Source of the DNA: Thermodesulfobacteriota bacterium
Lineage (GTDB): Bacteria; Desulfobacterota; BSN033; UBA1163
Reading direction: 5' to 3'
Assembly (NCBI GenBank): GCA_030017685.1
Contig: JASEHH010000003.1
Location: forward strand, 25,319 to 89,318
Length of the DNA stretch: 64,000 bases
Shown: one piece after another, positions 36,281-45,692 of the stretch
Position numbering within the stretch: the stretch's first letter is position 1
Layout: every line of letters starts with the position of its first letter
Translations under genes and position numbers: made by a program
Notes under the pieces: model-generated
Told to the model about the DNA's origin: nothing
Seen by the model: the letters and a program-made list of their open reading frames with translations, nothing else
Database searches by the model: none

Positions 36281-37457
36281 TCAGCGAAGTCACGCCCAGG
36301 CAGAGGACAAATCCGATCAACGAGACGAAAAGGGTCAACTGAAAAGAACCTGTCAAATCTCTCAGATATCCTCCGAGAATGGTCCCTAAAAACTGTCCGA
36401 TGCCATGGACCAAGGTTACCCAGCCATAGAGGGTCGCACTTTTCTCCGTCTCCTCATCACCCACGCATGCCGCAATCACTGTAACCGTTCCTAAAAAGGT
36501 CGCCCCAAAAAGAAAAGCTGAGAGGCCAAGAAGGAAGGTCTGATGAAACAGCAGGGGGATCAATACAGATAAGGAAATCAAGCCATTGTTCCAGACCAAG
36601 GCTTCCCTTCTGCCTATGCGGTCTGAAAGGAATCCCCATATCCATCCGCTCACCACGCACATCCAGCCGAAAATCGACCAGATCGCTCCCGCAACTCCCT
36701 CTGTCAGTCGGATCTCTTCGACGAGAAAAGCAACAAAATAGGTGACATAGATGTTGTAGGCCAATCCGAAAATAAAATAGATGAGAAAGATGGCCCGAAG
36801 GGTCAGACCGCTACCTTTGACCCTGTCTGGCCCTAGAGCGGTCCTTTGGTCGCCCTGGAGCAAAGGGGGGGCCTTGTGGGATGGTTTCTCCTTTAAAAGA
36901 AGGAATGAAATAAGCCCGACCAGAAGGGTAAGCAAAGCCATAAAAATCCAGCACTCCCTCCATGCCTCTCCGCCCAGAGTGGAGAGGAGATAGGGAAGCA
37001 GAAGGCCCGTGATGATGATTCCAAACCCTGTCCCTCCCGTGACAATCCCTAAGGCTCCACCCAATCTCTCTCTTTCAAACCATGTCATGGGCAGGGTGGT
37101 CATGGAAATATGAGCCCCTCCCCCAGCGCCTCCCATGGCAAAAGTGAAGAAGAGAAGGGGAATAAATTCTGACAACCTGCTGATAAAGAACATGGAGATT
37201 GTTCCGCATAGCATCGAGGTGATGACAATTCTTTTGGAACCGAACCGTGTCGCCAGAATTCCGCCAATCAAAGAAAAAAGGAGGTATCCCGCAAGGATGC
37301 CACCGCTCAGAAGCCCCATCTCGAAGTAGTTGAATCGAAGGGACTCCCTCATGCTGGGGAGCAGCATGGGATAGGCAAAACGGCCAAACCCCAGACCTGC
37401 CATCTTGACGAGAACTCCTACTCCGACAATGATCCAGCCATAGTAAACCGTTTTCAT
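36267..37457 (-). CDS. MFS transporter
   Basis: 396 aa with 12 predicted TM segments and MFS-like loop motifs. Confidence 0.7.
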   Translation of the reverse strand: MKTVYYGWIIVGVGVLVKMAGLGFGRFAYPMLLPSMRESLRFNYFEMGLLSGGILAGYLLFSLIGGILATRFGSKRIVITSMLCGTISMFFISRLSEFIPLLFFTFAMGGAGGGAHISMTTLPMTWFERERLGGALGIVTGGTGFGIIITGLLLPYLLSTLGGEAWRECWIFMALLTLLVGLISFLLLKEKPSHKAPPLLQGDQRTALGPDRVKGSGLTLRAIFLIYFIFGLAYNIYVTYFVAFLVEEIRLTEGVAGAIWSIFGWMCVVSGWIWGFLSDRIGRREALVWNNGLISLSVLIPLLFHQTFLLGLSAFLFGATFLGTVTVIAACVGDEETEKSATLYGWVTLVHGIGQFLGTILGGYLRDLTGSFQLTLFVSLIGFVLCLGVTSLNKKG

Positions 37458-37542
37458 CGCCTTAGACCATATCCTCCAATATTGACGAAGTCAACCCTTT
37501 CTGATATGGATAAATCGAGACCAGAGAAAGGAGAAAAGGTCA

Positions 37543-38082
37543 ATGAAGGAAATGGTTCATCAATCTGTTTTAGAAGTGGTTCAGGGGGATATTACCCAGC
37601 AAGATACCGAGGCCATAGGAAATGCGGCCAATTCCCGGCTGGCAGGAGGGGGTGGTGTCGATGGCGCCATCCACCGGGCTGGTGGACCTACGATTATGGC
37701 TGATCTTAGGGCGAAATATACCGGATGCCCCACGGGGTCGGCGGTCATTACGGGTGGAGGGAATTTAAAGGCAAAATATGTGCTTCATGCTGTTGGTCCC
37801 ATCTACTCCGGATCCCCAAAAGATGCTCAGCTCCTTTCGAGCGCCTATAGGACCTGCCTGGAACTCTGCACCCAGCATCAAATCTCTGCTATCGCTTTTC
37901 CCTCGATCAGCACGGGTGTGTATGGTTACCCTGTGGAGGAAGCATCCCGTGTTGCTTTAAAAACAGTGAAGGACTATTTGAAGGGCCACCCCGAAATCAA
38001 ACTGGTGAGATTCGTCCTCTTCGACTCAAAAACTTACAGCGTCTATGAGGAGGCGTTGAAGGAACTAACCAAAACGGAATAA
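37543..38082 (+). CDS. macro domain protein (O-acetyl-ADP-ribose deacetylase, YmdB-like)
   Basis: Translation shows VQGDITQQDTEAIGNAANSRLAGGGGVDGAIHRAGG and the macro-domain C-terminal GVYGYP. Confidence 0.8.
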   Translation: MKEMVHQSVLEVVQGDITQQDTEAIGNAANSRLAGGGGVDGAIHRAGGPTIMADLRAKYTGCPTGSAVITGGGNLKAKYVLHAVGPIYSGSPKDAQLLSSAYRTCLELCTQHQISAIAFPSISTGVYGYPVEEASRVALKTVKDYLKGHPEIKLVRFVLFDSKTYSVYEEALKELTKTE

Positions 38083-38177
38083 AATTCCAAATCCCCCCAA
38101 AACTTCACCTAATACTGTTTAATGGAAGGTAAACCCGAAAGTCGTGGATACCTGCTTAAAAGAGAGAATGATCAAAA

Positions 38178-38417
38178 TCAGCGGCGGCCCTTAACCGTCC
38201 GTTGGAGTGACTTAGGCAATTCTTTTTCTATCTGTTCATAAGACAAATGGGGAAGACTTGCCTGTTTGCGGGCATGCTCAATCGTCATGGCAACCAAATT
38301 GCCACCGGTATCGAGATCGATATAAATATTTTCATTTATCTCTTTGGTTTCAGCAACCTTGCGGTCGGAAAACTCAACTAAGGCTGTGTCGGTGTCTGAA
38401 AAATACTTTATCTTCAT
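38178..38417 (-). CDS. DUF2283 domain protein (putative antitoxin-like partner)
   Basis: MKIKYFSDTDTALVEFSD... is the DUF2283 pattern. It overlaps the upstream DUF4258 gene by 4 nt. Confidence 0.5.
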   Translation of the reverse strand: MKIKYFSDTDTALVEFSDRKVAETKEINENIYIDLDTGGNLVAMTIEHARKQASLPHLSYEQIEKELPKSLQRTVKGRR

Positions 38418-38656
38418 TTCGTTCCTCCCTTAAATCTCCTATCAAAAAAAACATTATGAACTGTTTCTCCGTCTGGAAGCAAGATTACTCGGAGAAACCT
38501 TCCCTCCTCCCTGATCTTTTTCCACTTTCGAATCCTCTTATCCGACTGAACCTCCATAAAGTCTGGGTTCTTAATCGCATCTTCAATCCACTCCATCTTT
38601 ATTTTAGCACGATCAGGTCTCTGCATCGTATAGAGGAAATATTGAGTAAATTTCAT
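38414..38656 (-). CDS. DUF4258 domain protein (putative toxin-like partner)
   Basis: 80-aa basic protein, co-oriented and overlapping with the DUF2283 gene. Confidence 0.5.
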   Translation of the reverse strand: MKFTQYFLYTMQRPDRAKIKMEWIEDAIKNPDFMEVQSDKRIRKWKKIREEGRFLRVILLPDGETVHNVFFDRRFKGGTK

Positions 38657-38872
38657 CTTCTGGTTTTTTCGCCTAACAATAATTATGCTGCGGCGATGTT
38701 TATCATAAAAACAAAATCTTCCAGCCCCTTGAGGGAATTCTCAGGAACAGACTTGTTAATTGTGAAACCTGGTTATTAATATACACGTTTTTAAAACTTT
38801 TGGGAAGTGAGAAAGGAATTTGCAAGCATAGGGATTAGTGGCTACGATTACAATTGGTCGCTCCTGCCAAGT

Positions 38873-40279
38873 TCAGGAGTCTGATGATGATAGGTGGGTC
38901 TGTTGAGGGTCTTCCTGGTAATCCCTGTAAGCATTTTTTAGTTGATTGAGGACACGGGTTGACTTCTTCATAAGGGAAGGGATCTCTTTTAAAGGAAATT
39001 TCTTTAAGATGTAAAGGATCTGTTTACTCATGGGAACCGCTTTTTTATAGAGATCATAATATTCTCGATAGAACTCATTGAGCGGAAGAGACGTCGGGAG
39101 CAAAGTATGAATAAAGTCGAAGTAGTCATAGTCATGGGTGATCAATTGATCCTTCACCTCTTCATAGAGGTCAGTGCCGGGCAGAGGGGTAAGTACCGCA
39201 AAGCTGGCGAAACTTAATCCCAGCTCCCGGCAATATTGCCTTAGGGCTCTGAAATCCGCTTTGTTGAATTCCTGTCTCACGATGAAAGAGGCATAGACCT
39301 CAATATCAAGATATTGAAGGATCTTTATCGCCTTCTTATTGTCACCTGCTGTGGAGCCTTTCCGAATGTAGCTGAGGTCTTCGTCTTTGAGGAATTCGAG
39401 CCCTACAAAGACCCTTTCAAGACCAATCCCTCTCCACATCTCCAGAAGTTCAGGATTTCTGCAAATGGTATCGCTTCTCCCATAAAGAAAGTATTGCTTT
39501 CTTATCCCTGCCTCTTTGATCAGCCCTGCAAGCTTTTTCATTCTTGAAGCATCGACGAGTGATTCATCGTCAGCAAAGAAGACGAATTCCTCTGCCAAGC
39601 CAGCTAACTCCTGGACAACGCTCTCCGGATTTCTCCTCAAATAACGCCCCTCCGCCAGTTTCCACTGGGCGCAAAACTTGCATCGAAATGGACATCCCTT
39701 CGAGGTCCGTATCGACGCCAAGGGCCTCATCCATTCTGAGTAGTAGTGACTCCGGTACTTCTTTGTTAACTTCCTCTCCGGAAAAGGAAAGCGATCGAGA
39801 TCGGCTATCGCCTGACCATCGGTTCTGACAAGGCGATCCCCTTTCGGAATGGCGATTCCTGGGATGCCATCTAAGCTCTCTCCTCTCTCGAATCTTGTGA
39901 TGATTTCCTGGAATGCAAAGACCCCTTCCCCAATGACAATGAGATCAACAAACGGGGAAAGGAAGTCTTCTGCCACCATGGTAGCATGATGACCACCCAC
40001 CACCGTGAGAACCTGAGGATTCCATGCCTTTATCTCTTCAAAGAGCCTTCTAACCATGTTTACATGCACAGTGTATGCGGTGATGCCAACAACGTCAGGG
40101 AAGAAGTCTGCGAAAATTCCTTGCAGGTCCTTTTCGAGCCGGAGGTCAAGGATTCTTACATCGTGGTCCTTTGCCACTCCTGCGGCGATGTATTCAAGGG
40201 CAAGTGGCTCATAGATAAACACGTCCTCTCCGCCTATGGTTAAAGGCGCTTTGGCCGGTTCGATTAATAATATTTTCAT
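38873..40279 (-). CDS. B12-binding domain-containing radical SAM protein (class B, DUF4070-type C-terminus)
   Basis: An N-terminal cobalamin-binding Rossmann region (GITAYTVHVN...VVGGHHAT), then the CX3CX2C motif GCPFRCKFC. Confidence 0.8.
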   Translation of the reverse strand: MKILLIEPAKAPLTIGGEDVFIYEPLALEYIAAGVAKDHDVRILDLRLEKDLQGIFADFFPDVVGITAYTVHVNMVRRLFEEIKAWNPQVLTVVGGHHATMVAEDFLSPFVDLIVIGEGVFAFQEIITRFERGESLDGIPGIAIPKGDRLVRTDGQAIADLDRFPFPERKLTKKYRSHYYSEWMRPLASIRTSKGCPFRCKFCAQWKLAEGRYLRRNPESVVQELAGLAEEFVFFADDESLVDASRMKKLAGLIKEAGIRKQYFLYGRSDTICRNPELLEMWRGIGLERVFVGLEFLKDEDLSYIRKGSTAGDNKKAIKILQYLDIEVYASFIVRQEFNKADFRALRQYCRELGLSFASFAVLTPLPGTDLYEEVKDQLITHDYDYFDFIHTLLPTSLPLNEFYREYYDLYKKAVPMSKQILYILKKFPLKEIPSLMKKSTRVLNQLKNAYRDYQEDPQQTHLSSSDS

Positions 40280-40295
40280 CCAGTCTTCTCTCGCT

Positions 40296-40889
40296 TTACT
40301 TTTTTGGTCTTGAAAAAGTGAATCCCTGTTCCTGTTTGGGCTCGATAAAACTATCGACTCCCTTTTTTAAAATCAATGACACCAGCTCATCCGCTCTGGA
40401 GGTCACTATGGTTTTCCATCGGGTGATGTTGCCTTTGAGTTCACCTTTGCGAATCATATCGTTAATCCTGTCAACATCAAATATCCTAAACGAGAAGCGG
40501 CCGTCGTCTGAAATTTTATAAGGGACGATGTAATAGCCCAATTCCTCCGCATCTTCCTTTTTGGCAATCATCTCCCTTTCTTTGAGACAAAGAAATTTTT
40601 CCTGCTTAATTTGGGTGGTATAACCCTCATAGATATCGAGCTTGATTTTATTCTTAGAATCTATCTCAACACTAATAATATCTATCCACCCTGATTTTCG
40701 TGGATAAATATATAGCCTCACCTTTTCATCCTTCTCGGTTATCTCCCATTCGCCCAATAACGCCGGATCCGGTTCCGATGACTTAGGCGGAGGAATCGGG
40801 TTGATAAACTCAGCCACACAGGAAGTGAGCAAAGGGATTAATCCAAACCACAGGGCCAATAGACGAACACAGCGAAACTTTCTTGGCAT
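40296..40889 (-). CDS. hypothetical lipoprotein
   Basis: Signal peptide with lipobox LLTSC. Start chosen at the Met preceding the signal peptide. Lies 16 nt downstream of the radical SAM gene on the same strand. Confidence 0.4.
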   Translation of the reverse strand: MPRKFRCVRLLALWFGLIPLLTSCVAEFINPIPPPKSSEPDPALLGEWEITEKDEKVRLYIYPRKSGWIDIISVEIDSKNKIKLDIYEGYTTQIKQEKFLCLKEREMIAKKEDAEELGYYIVPYKISDDGRFSFRIFDVDRINDMIRKGELKGNITRWKTIVTSRADELVSLILKKGVDSFIEPKQEQGFTFSRPKK

Positions 40890-41107
40890 GAATCTCCTCC
40901 TTTTTAACCAGTCATCATTAAACCTGCTGAAAATACAAACAATTTCATCACCTTGTTTCAAATCGCTTAAAATAAGCCTTATTGCTGTAAAAAGATTAAA
41001 AACTTTTAATCTTTTTTTAATCCTCCTCTAATGTGAGTGGTGTATACTTATTCTCAACGAAAGAGAAAATTCTCTTTCCTCCTCCTCCTTAAAAACCTTA
41101 ACCCAAT

Positions 41108-41147
41108 TAAATCCACCAAGCCAAAGGCTCGGTGGATTTTTTATTTT
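41108..41147. terminator. Rho-independent terminator hairpin at the 3' end of the oxidoreductase gene
   Basis: aaatccaccaagcc-aaag-gctcggtggattt flanked by T-rich sequence (ttttttatttt). Confidence 0.45.
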
Positions 41148-42346
41148 AATTGATTGAAATCGAACCCCTCTTTCAAGATGGAATTCTTGATCTCCTTGAT
41201 GTCCACCTCCTTTTCGATGGCACTGAGTAGCTCTGCCCTTCCTCTGGTCTCCCCAAGCAGGATACAACCGACGATTTTATCCTCCTTGAATGTGACCTTG
41301 CAGTAGCTGCATTTCTCACGATCACTTCTCACCACACACTCGAACTTCCCCTCTGCGTCGATTTCCCCTGCGGAGGTGAGATCAATTCCTACCACCTTAA
41401 GGGTATTGGAAACAACCGTGCCTTCATAGGACTCATTTCCTCCTGCCATATTGACTCCGGCAATCTCGCCCTGTTTCTGGGCAGCAGGCCAGATCCCATA
41501 AACTCGGCCCCGATGTTCTGCCACATCTCCAGCCGCAAAGATGTCTTTGGCCCTCGTTTCCAGCCCGTCATTGACCAGAATTCCATTCTTCATCTCCAGC
41601 CCCATCTCCTTGGCCAGTTGAATATTCGGCCTTACCCCTGCAGAGATGATCGCCATCTGGCCTTCTACCACCCTGCCATCCTTAAGGCGGACCCCCTCAA
41701 CCTTCTCTTTCCCCAGAATCTCCTCGGACTGTCCATTGAGAAAGAAGAAGAAACCCATGGTTTCCATCTTTGCCTGAAGGATCTGGGCACCCTCCGGGTC
41801 CATCTGTCTTGGAAGAATTCTGGGATTATGCTCAATCACTGCCACCTTAATGGACCGTCTCAATAAGGCTCCGCCTGTCTCCAAACCGACCAGCCCCCCT
41901 CCAATGAGGATCGCCTGGCTGATCTTCTCTGAGAATGCTTTCATTCCAATCGCATCCTTCATCGTTCGAAGGGTAAAAACTCCTTCCTTTTCTGTCCCCT
42001 TGATGGGAGGCACAAAGGCGTTCCCACCTGTGGCTATAAGCAGGCTATCATAAGAATAAGTTTTCCCCTGTTTGCTCAAGACCTCTTTTTTGTCCGGACG
42101 AACCTCAACAACCGGCTCTTCCAGATGGAGGGAGATGTTTTTCCCCTGATAAAACTCTTTGGTGTGGATGGTAATCTCCTTGATCGCCACCTCTCCTGCA
42201 ACCAGTTCCGGGAATCGAACCCGGTAGTAAAAGGGATAACCTTCCCCTGTAAAGATGTGGATTTCACCCTTTGGGTCTCTTTCTCTGATCCTGACCGCTG
42301 CCCTTGCGCCTGCCACTCCGTTTCCGATGATGAGATACCGTTTCAT
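41141..42346 (-). CDS. FAD-dependent pyridine nucleotide-disulfide oxidoreductase (NADH oxidase / rubredoxin reductase-like)
   Basis: Translation shows the N-terminal GNGVAGARAA FAD site, a second GGGLVGLE NAD site, and the C-terminal cysteines CSYC...C. Confidence 0.65.
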   Translation of the reverse strand: MKRYLIIGNGVAGARAAVRIRERDPKGEIHIFTGEGYPFYYRVRFPELVAGEVAIKEITIHTKEFYQGKNISLHLEEPVVEVRPDKKEVLSKQGKTYSYDSLLIATGGNAFVPPIKGTEKEGVFTLRTMKDAIGMKAFSEKISQAILIGGGLVGLETGGALLRRSIKVAVIEHNPRILPRQMDPEGAQILQAKMETMGFFFFLNGQSEEILGKEKVEGVRLKDGRVVEGQMAIISAGVRPNIQLAKEMGLEMKNGILVNDGLETRAKDIFAAGDVAEHRGRVYGIWPAAQKQGEIAGVNMAGGNESYEGTVVSNTLKVVGIDLTSAGEIDAEGKFECVVRSDREKCSYCKVTFKEDKIVGCILLGETRGRAELLSAIEKEVDIKEIKNSILKEGFDFNQLK

Positions 42347-42831
42347 TTACAGCCTCCTCTGAGATGGAAAGTCGAATGTGGAACGCGGAGGGTGGTTTTT
42401 AAAAAATCTGCTTCTACTTTCCACATTCCACTTTCCACACTCTGATGTTATAGATACCAAAATTTCCATGCCCAAACAAGAAGTTTTTAGAAGGAAGCAT
42501 CTCCAATATCGTGATGACAGAATGGACTCCAGAGGGGCAGGTAGGCCAGACTCCGAAATCTTTAGGATTGCGGATCATTAGAGGTTTAAGGGAAACTTTC
42601 GTAGTCAATGGAAATGAGGTTTTTATTGGTCTTGGAGCATCTTGAGTCAATCCTTAAGCGGTGCCGCCCTAAATCTTTCCCGCCTGCCCCTCTGGATTTG
42701 GCATTCCCATGGATTTCTATCACTGGAAAAGAGATGCTTACTTTTAGAAAAACACAATGGTATTTTGGACGAAAAAGAGTTAAAATTGTTGTTATGTTTA
42801 ATGGGGGGAAGAGATAAATCATGGAGGTGAA

Positions 42832-43230
42832 ATGATGAAATTATTAACCCTCATCATATCTTTTTCGATGGCTATTGGATGTTTAACCCCTGCCTTTTCT
42901 GCCGAGGCGCCAAGGATAACCAAAGAGGAGTTGAAGGCTTTGCTCGGCAATCCGGATCTCGTCATCATCGATGTCCGTTATGGCAGGGATTGGACCAACA
43001 GTGATATAAAGATCAAAAGCGCCGTAAGAGAAGACCCGGATGATTTAAAATCCTGGGCAAACAAATACTCACCGGATAAGACCATTGTCCTTTACTGAAC
43101 CTGACCCAGTGAAGGGACCAGTGCCAGTCTGGCACAGGAACTAATTGAGATGGGATTTAAGAAAGCCTTCGCCCTCAAAGGCGGCTGGAAGGAATGGTCT
43201 AAAGCAGGCTATCCGATAGAGAAGAAGTGA
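42832..43230 (+). CDS. secreted single-domain rhodanese-like protein interrupted by in-frame TGA codons at the expected active-site Cys (candidate selenoprotein or pseudogene)
   Basis: Signal peptide with lipobox-like AIGC. The translation ...DKTIVLY[TGA]T[TGA]PSEGTSASLAQELIEMGFKKAFALKGGWKEWSKAGYPIE matches the rhodanese pattern (VVLYC......AA..L...GF.......GG...W..AG.P) with a TGA at the Cys position (43096-98) and another at 43102-04. The hairpin gtgcca-gtc-tggcac (43121-43135) lies 17-23 nt downstream. Confidence 0.4.
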
Positions 43231-44042
43231 TATTCTCGCCCATCATTCTCAATGCTGGATCGTCACTAAAAGTTTCTCTGGATCAGCCCATTGATGTTGC
43301 ATTAACCCTTTCGATGGCTGACCTGAAAGCGCTGTTTATCGACCCGGAGAGGGGCCAGGTCCAATATCATGCGATCCGCAACTCTGAGAAGTTTGAAAAG
43401 TATAAAGACCTCACGAAAGGATTGCAATCCTTCGATCTCCAATCCTTAAAAGACCGCGGACAGAGACTTGCCTTCTGGGTTAATATTTATAATGCAGCCG
43501 TGATCCACGGGGTCATCGAGCTGGGGTTAAAGCATTCGGTCAAAGAAGTTTATAATTTTTTTGATCGAATCGTCTATGAGATCGGAGGATATCGTTTCTC
43601 GTTAAACGATATGGAGCATGGCATCCTTCGGGGCAACCGGAGGCCACCCTACCGGCTTTTAAGACCCTGGGGTAAAAATGATCCACGTTTAGCATTCGCC
43701 ACCCTGCCGATGGATGCAAGAATCCACTTCGCATTGGTCTGTGGCGCAAGGTCCTGTCCACCCATTGGATTTTATGAATCCGGGCAGATCGACTTTCAGC
43801 TTCAACTTGCTGCAGAGAGCTTCATCAATAGTTCCCAGGTCAGGATCCTTCCGGAGGATAATTCGATCTTGATTTCAATGATTTTCAAATGGTATAAGGC
43901 AGATTTTGGGGGAAATGATCGAGCGATTGTGGATACGATTCTCAATTTCCTCGATGAGGGGGAGAAAAAGAATTTTTTAAGAGAAAATAAGAATCGAGTT
44001 CGTATTAAGTATCAACCCTATGACTGGAATCTGAATCAATAA
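43227..44042 (+). CDS. DUF547 domain protein
   Basis: 271 aa. The block FWVNIYNAAVIHGVIE...GILRG...RIHFALVCGARSCPP is characteristic of DUF547. GTG start overlapping the rhodanese stop. Confidence 0.55.
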   Translation: MIFSPIILNAGSSLKVSLDQPIDVALTLSMADLKALFIDPERGQVQYHAIRNSEKFEKYKDLTKGLQSFDLQSLKDRGQRLAFWVNIYNAAVIHGVIELGLKHSVKEVYNFFDRIVYEIGGYRFSLNDMEHGILRGNRRPPYRLLRPWGKNDPRLAFATLPMDARIHFALVCGARSCPPIGFYESGQIDFQLQLAAESFINSSQVRILPEDNSILISMIFKWYKADFGGNDRAIVDTILNFLDEGEKKNFLRENKNRVRIKYQPYDWNLNQ

Positions 44043-44114
44043 TCAGGTCTTAATCGCCCCCTGATGGATAAACAGGATTCTTGCGTATGCGAACAGGTTC
44101 AGGAGGTCATTCCG

Positions 44115-44417
44115 ATGAGAAAAACTTCTTATCGAATCCATCGAAATCGACAGGCTAAAAAGGCGGACCCGAATAAATCCGTCGAAGAGATCGTCAGGGA
44201 ATTGCAACAGACCCCTCTTAGAAAAAGCGATTACAGGGAACAATCTCTTAATATTCATGGTTTCATCTGTGCCCGATGCGGAAGGGAGTTTGATCATAAG
44301 ACAAGCCATCTTCTCACAGTCCACCACAAAGATGGAAATCACCTGAACAATCCCCCGGATGGGTCGAACTGGGAAAACCTCTGCGTTTACTGCCACGATG
44401 AAGAGCACAACTGGTAA
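44115..44417 (+). CDS. HNH endonuclease family protein (YajD-like)
   Basis: ICARCGREF...LTVHHKDGNHLNN...NLCVYCHDEEH is the HNH motif with its Zn-binding cysteines. AGGAGG lies 8 nt before the ATG at 44115. Confidence 0.65.
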   Translation: MRKTSYRIHRNRQAKKADPNKSVEEIVRELQQTPLRKSDYREQSLNIHGFICARCGREFDHKTSHLLTVHHKDGNHLNNPPDGSNWENLCVYCHDEEHNW

Positions 44418-44439
44418 ATTCAGATTAGTTGCCCAGAAA

Positions 44440-44590
44440 ATAATCTGATTGTCTCCCTCTCCACTGGCGGGAGAGGGTTGGGGTGAGGGGGAACAGGCGA
44501 TGGTTACCCCCACCTCAATCCTCCCCCCTGCCTACCGGCCCCGGTCCCGACCGAGGGCGGGGCAGGCAGGCGTCGAGGGGGAGGATAAAG
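44440..44590. repeat. cluster of GC-rich nested palindromes (CCCTCTCC/GGAGAGGG and CCTGCCTACCGG...GGCAGG families)
   Basis: tctccctctccactggcgggagaggg (compare 5875-5910), gagggttggggtgagggggaa (compare 2321), and cctcccccctgcctaccggccccggtcccgaccgagggcggggcaggcaggcgtcgagggggagg. Confidence 0.45.
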
Positions 44591-44659
44591 CTTGGCAATT
44601 TTCATTGTTTAAGGGTGACGCATTCGTTATGAAAGATGACCCGGAAACTAAATGAGGGG

Positions 44660-45556
44660 TTATCTACGGCGGGATCGTTTCTGTCTCTCCCATCGCCGAT
44701 GGATCCAGAGCCATTGTTCAGGGTACTGGCGGATGATCGATTCGAGAACCCGGTTAAAGAGCTGAGTATTGGCTTCCACATCCTGCCTGAAAACGCCGGT
44801 ATGGATGATTTCGAGAGGGTCCCTGATGATGAGACGGTGTTTCCAGAATCCCTCCCGGACCATGAAAACGGGCAGGACAGGAGCGCGGCTTTTGATGGCC
44901 ATGACTGCCAGGCCGGAAGTGGTCGGCACCTTTCTTCCGAAAAAGTCGGCCCAGACCCCTTTGCTTCGCTTTCCCCTCTGATCAAACAGAATTGCAACAA
45001 TCTGGTTCCGGGAAAGGGCCTGCAAAACTTTCTTTGTCGCATTCACAGGAGGAATGATCTCCAGACCTATTTTATTTCTGGTTCCGATAATCCATCGATC
45101 CAACCGTGGATTCTTTTTGATGGGTTTGGCAATGGCCAGGATCGGCCTGTTGATGACCTTCGACATCAGAGCCATCAGTTCCCAGTTCCCGAAATGCCCG
45201 AGGAGAAGAAGCGCTCCTCTGTTCTCATCGAGAACCTTCAATGCCTTATCGAGCCCTTCCACGGCTACTTTTCTATCATAGGTTTCCATATCCATCTTTG
45301 GAATCTGGAAAAATTCGATGGCCATCATTCCAAGATTCTGAAAGTTCTTTCTGGCTATGGAATGCATCTCCTCTTCCGACTTCTCGTGACCGAAGGCAAG
45401 ATGAAGATTTTGAATGGCGATTTTCCGATGTTTTACGTCGAGGAGGTGCATCACATTTCCCAACTGCCTTCCGATCCAGAGGGCAAACCCCTCCGGCAGA
45501 AGATTGATGAAGAAGCCGAATAATCTGAGCGTCAGGTAGATGAGAAGAGAAGTCAT
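44660..45556 (-). CDS. lysophospholipid/lipid A biosynthesis acyltransferase (LpxL/HtrB family)
   Basis: 298 aa with an N-terminal TM anchor and LpxL-family length and composition (HLGNWE...). Sits among LPS-core genes. Confidence 0.65.
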   Translation of the reverse strand: MTSLLIYLTLRLFGFFINLLPEGFALWIGRQLGNVMHLLDVKHRKIAIQNLHLAFGHEKSEEEMHSIARKNFQNLGMMAIEFFQIPKMDMETYDRKVAVEGLDKALKVLDENRGALLLLGHFGNWELMALMSKVINRPILAIAKPIKKNPRLDRWIIGTRNKIGLEIIPPVNATKKVLQALSRNQIVAILFDQRGKRSKGVWADFFGRKVPTTSGLAVMAIKSRAPVLPVFMVREGFWKHRLIIRDPLEIIHTGVFRQDVEANTQLFNRVLESIIRQYPEQWLWIHRRWERQKRSRRR

Positions 45557-45612
45557 CTCACAATTTTAAATGATTCATTCCAGGCTTAAATTGACATTTT
45601 GATTCTGCAATC

Positions 45613-45692
45613 CCTGCCTACCGCAGGCAGGCGAATTCCGCCATGCACCACGTTGGGTGCATGGCAGCCCTAAACCTCACATGGTTTAGGGC
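45613..45692. repeat. three consecutive perfect hairpins in the trm112-lpxL spacer
   Basis: cctgcctaccgcaggcagg, gccatgcacc-acgtt-gggtgcatggc, and gccctaaacc-tcacat-ggtttagggc. Confidence 0.5.

Noticed and set aside
44043-44513. 156-aa minus-strand ORF
   Set aside because: It is antisense to the YajD-like HNH gene and the GC-rich repeat cluster. Low-complexity translation and no RBS.
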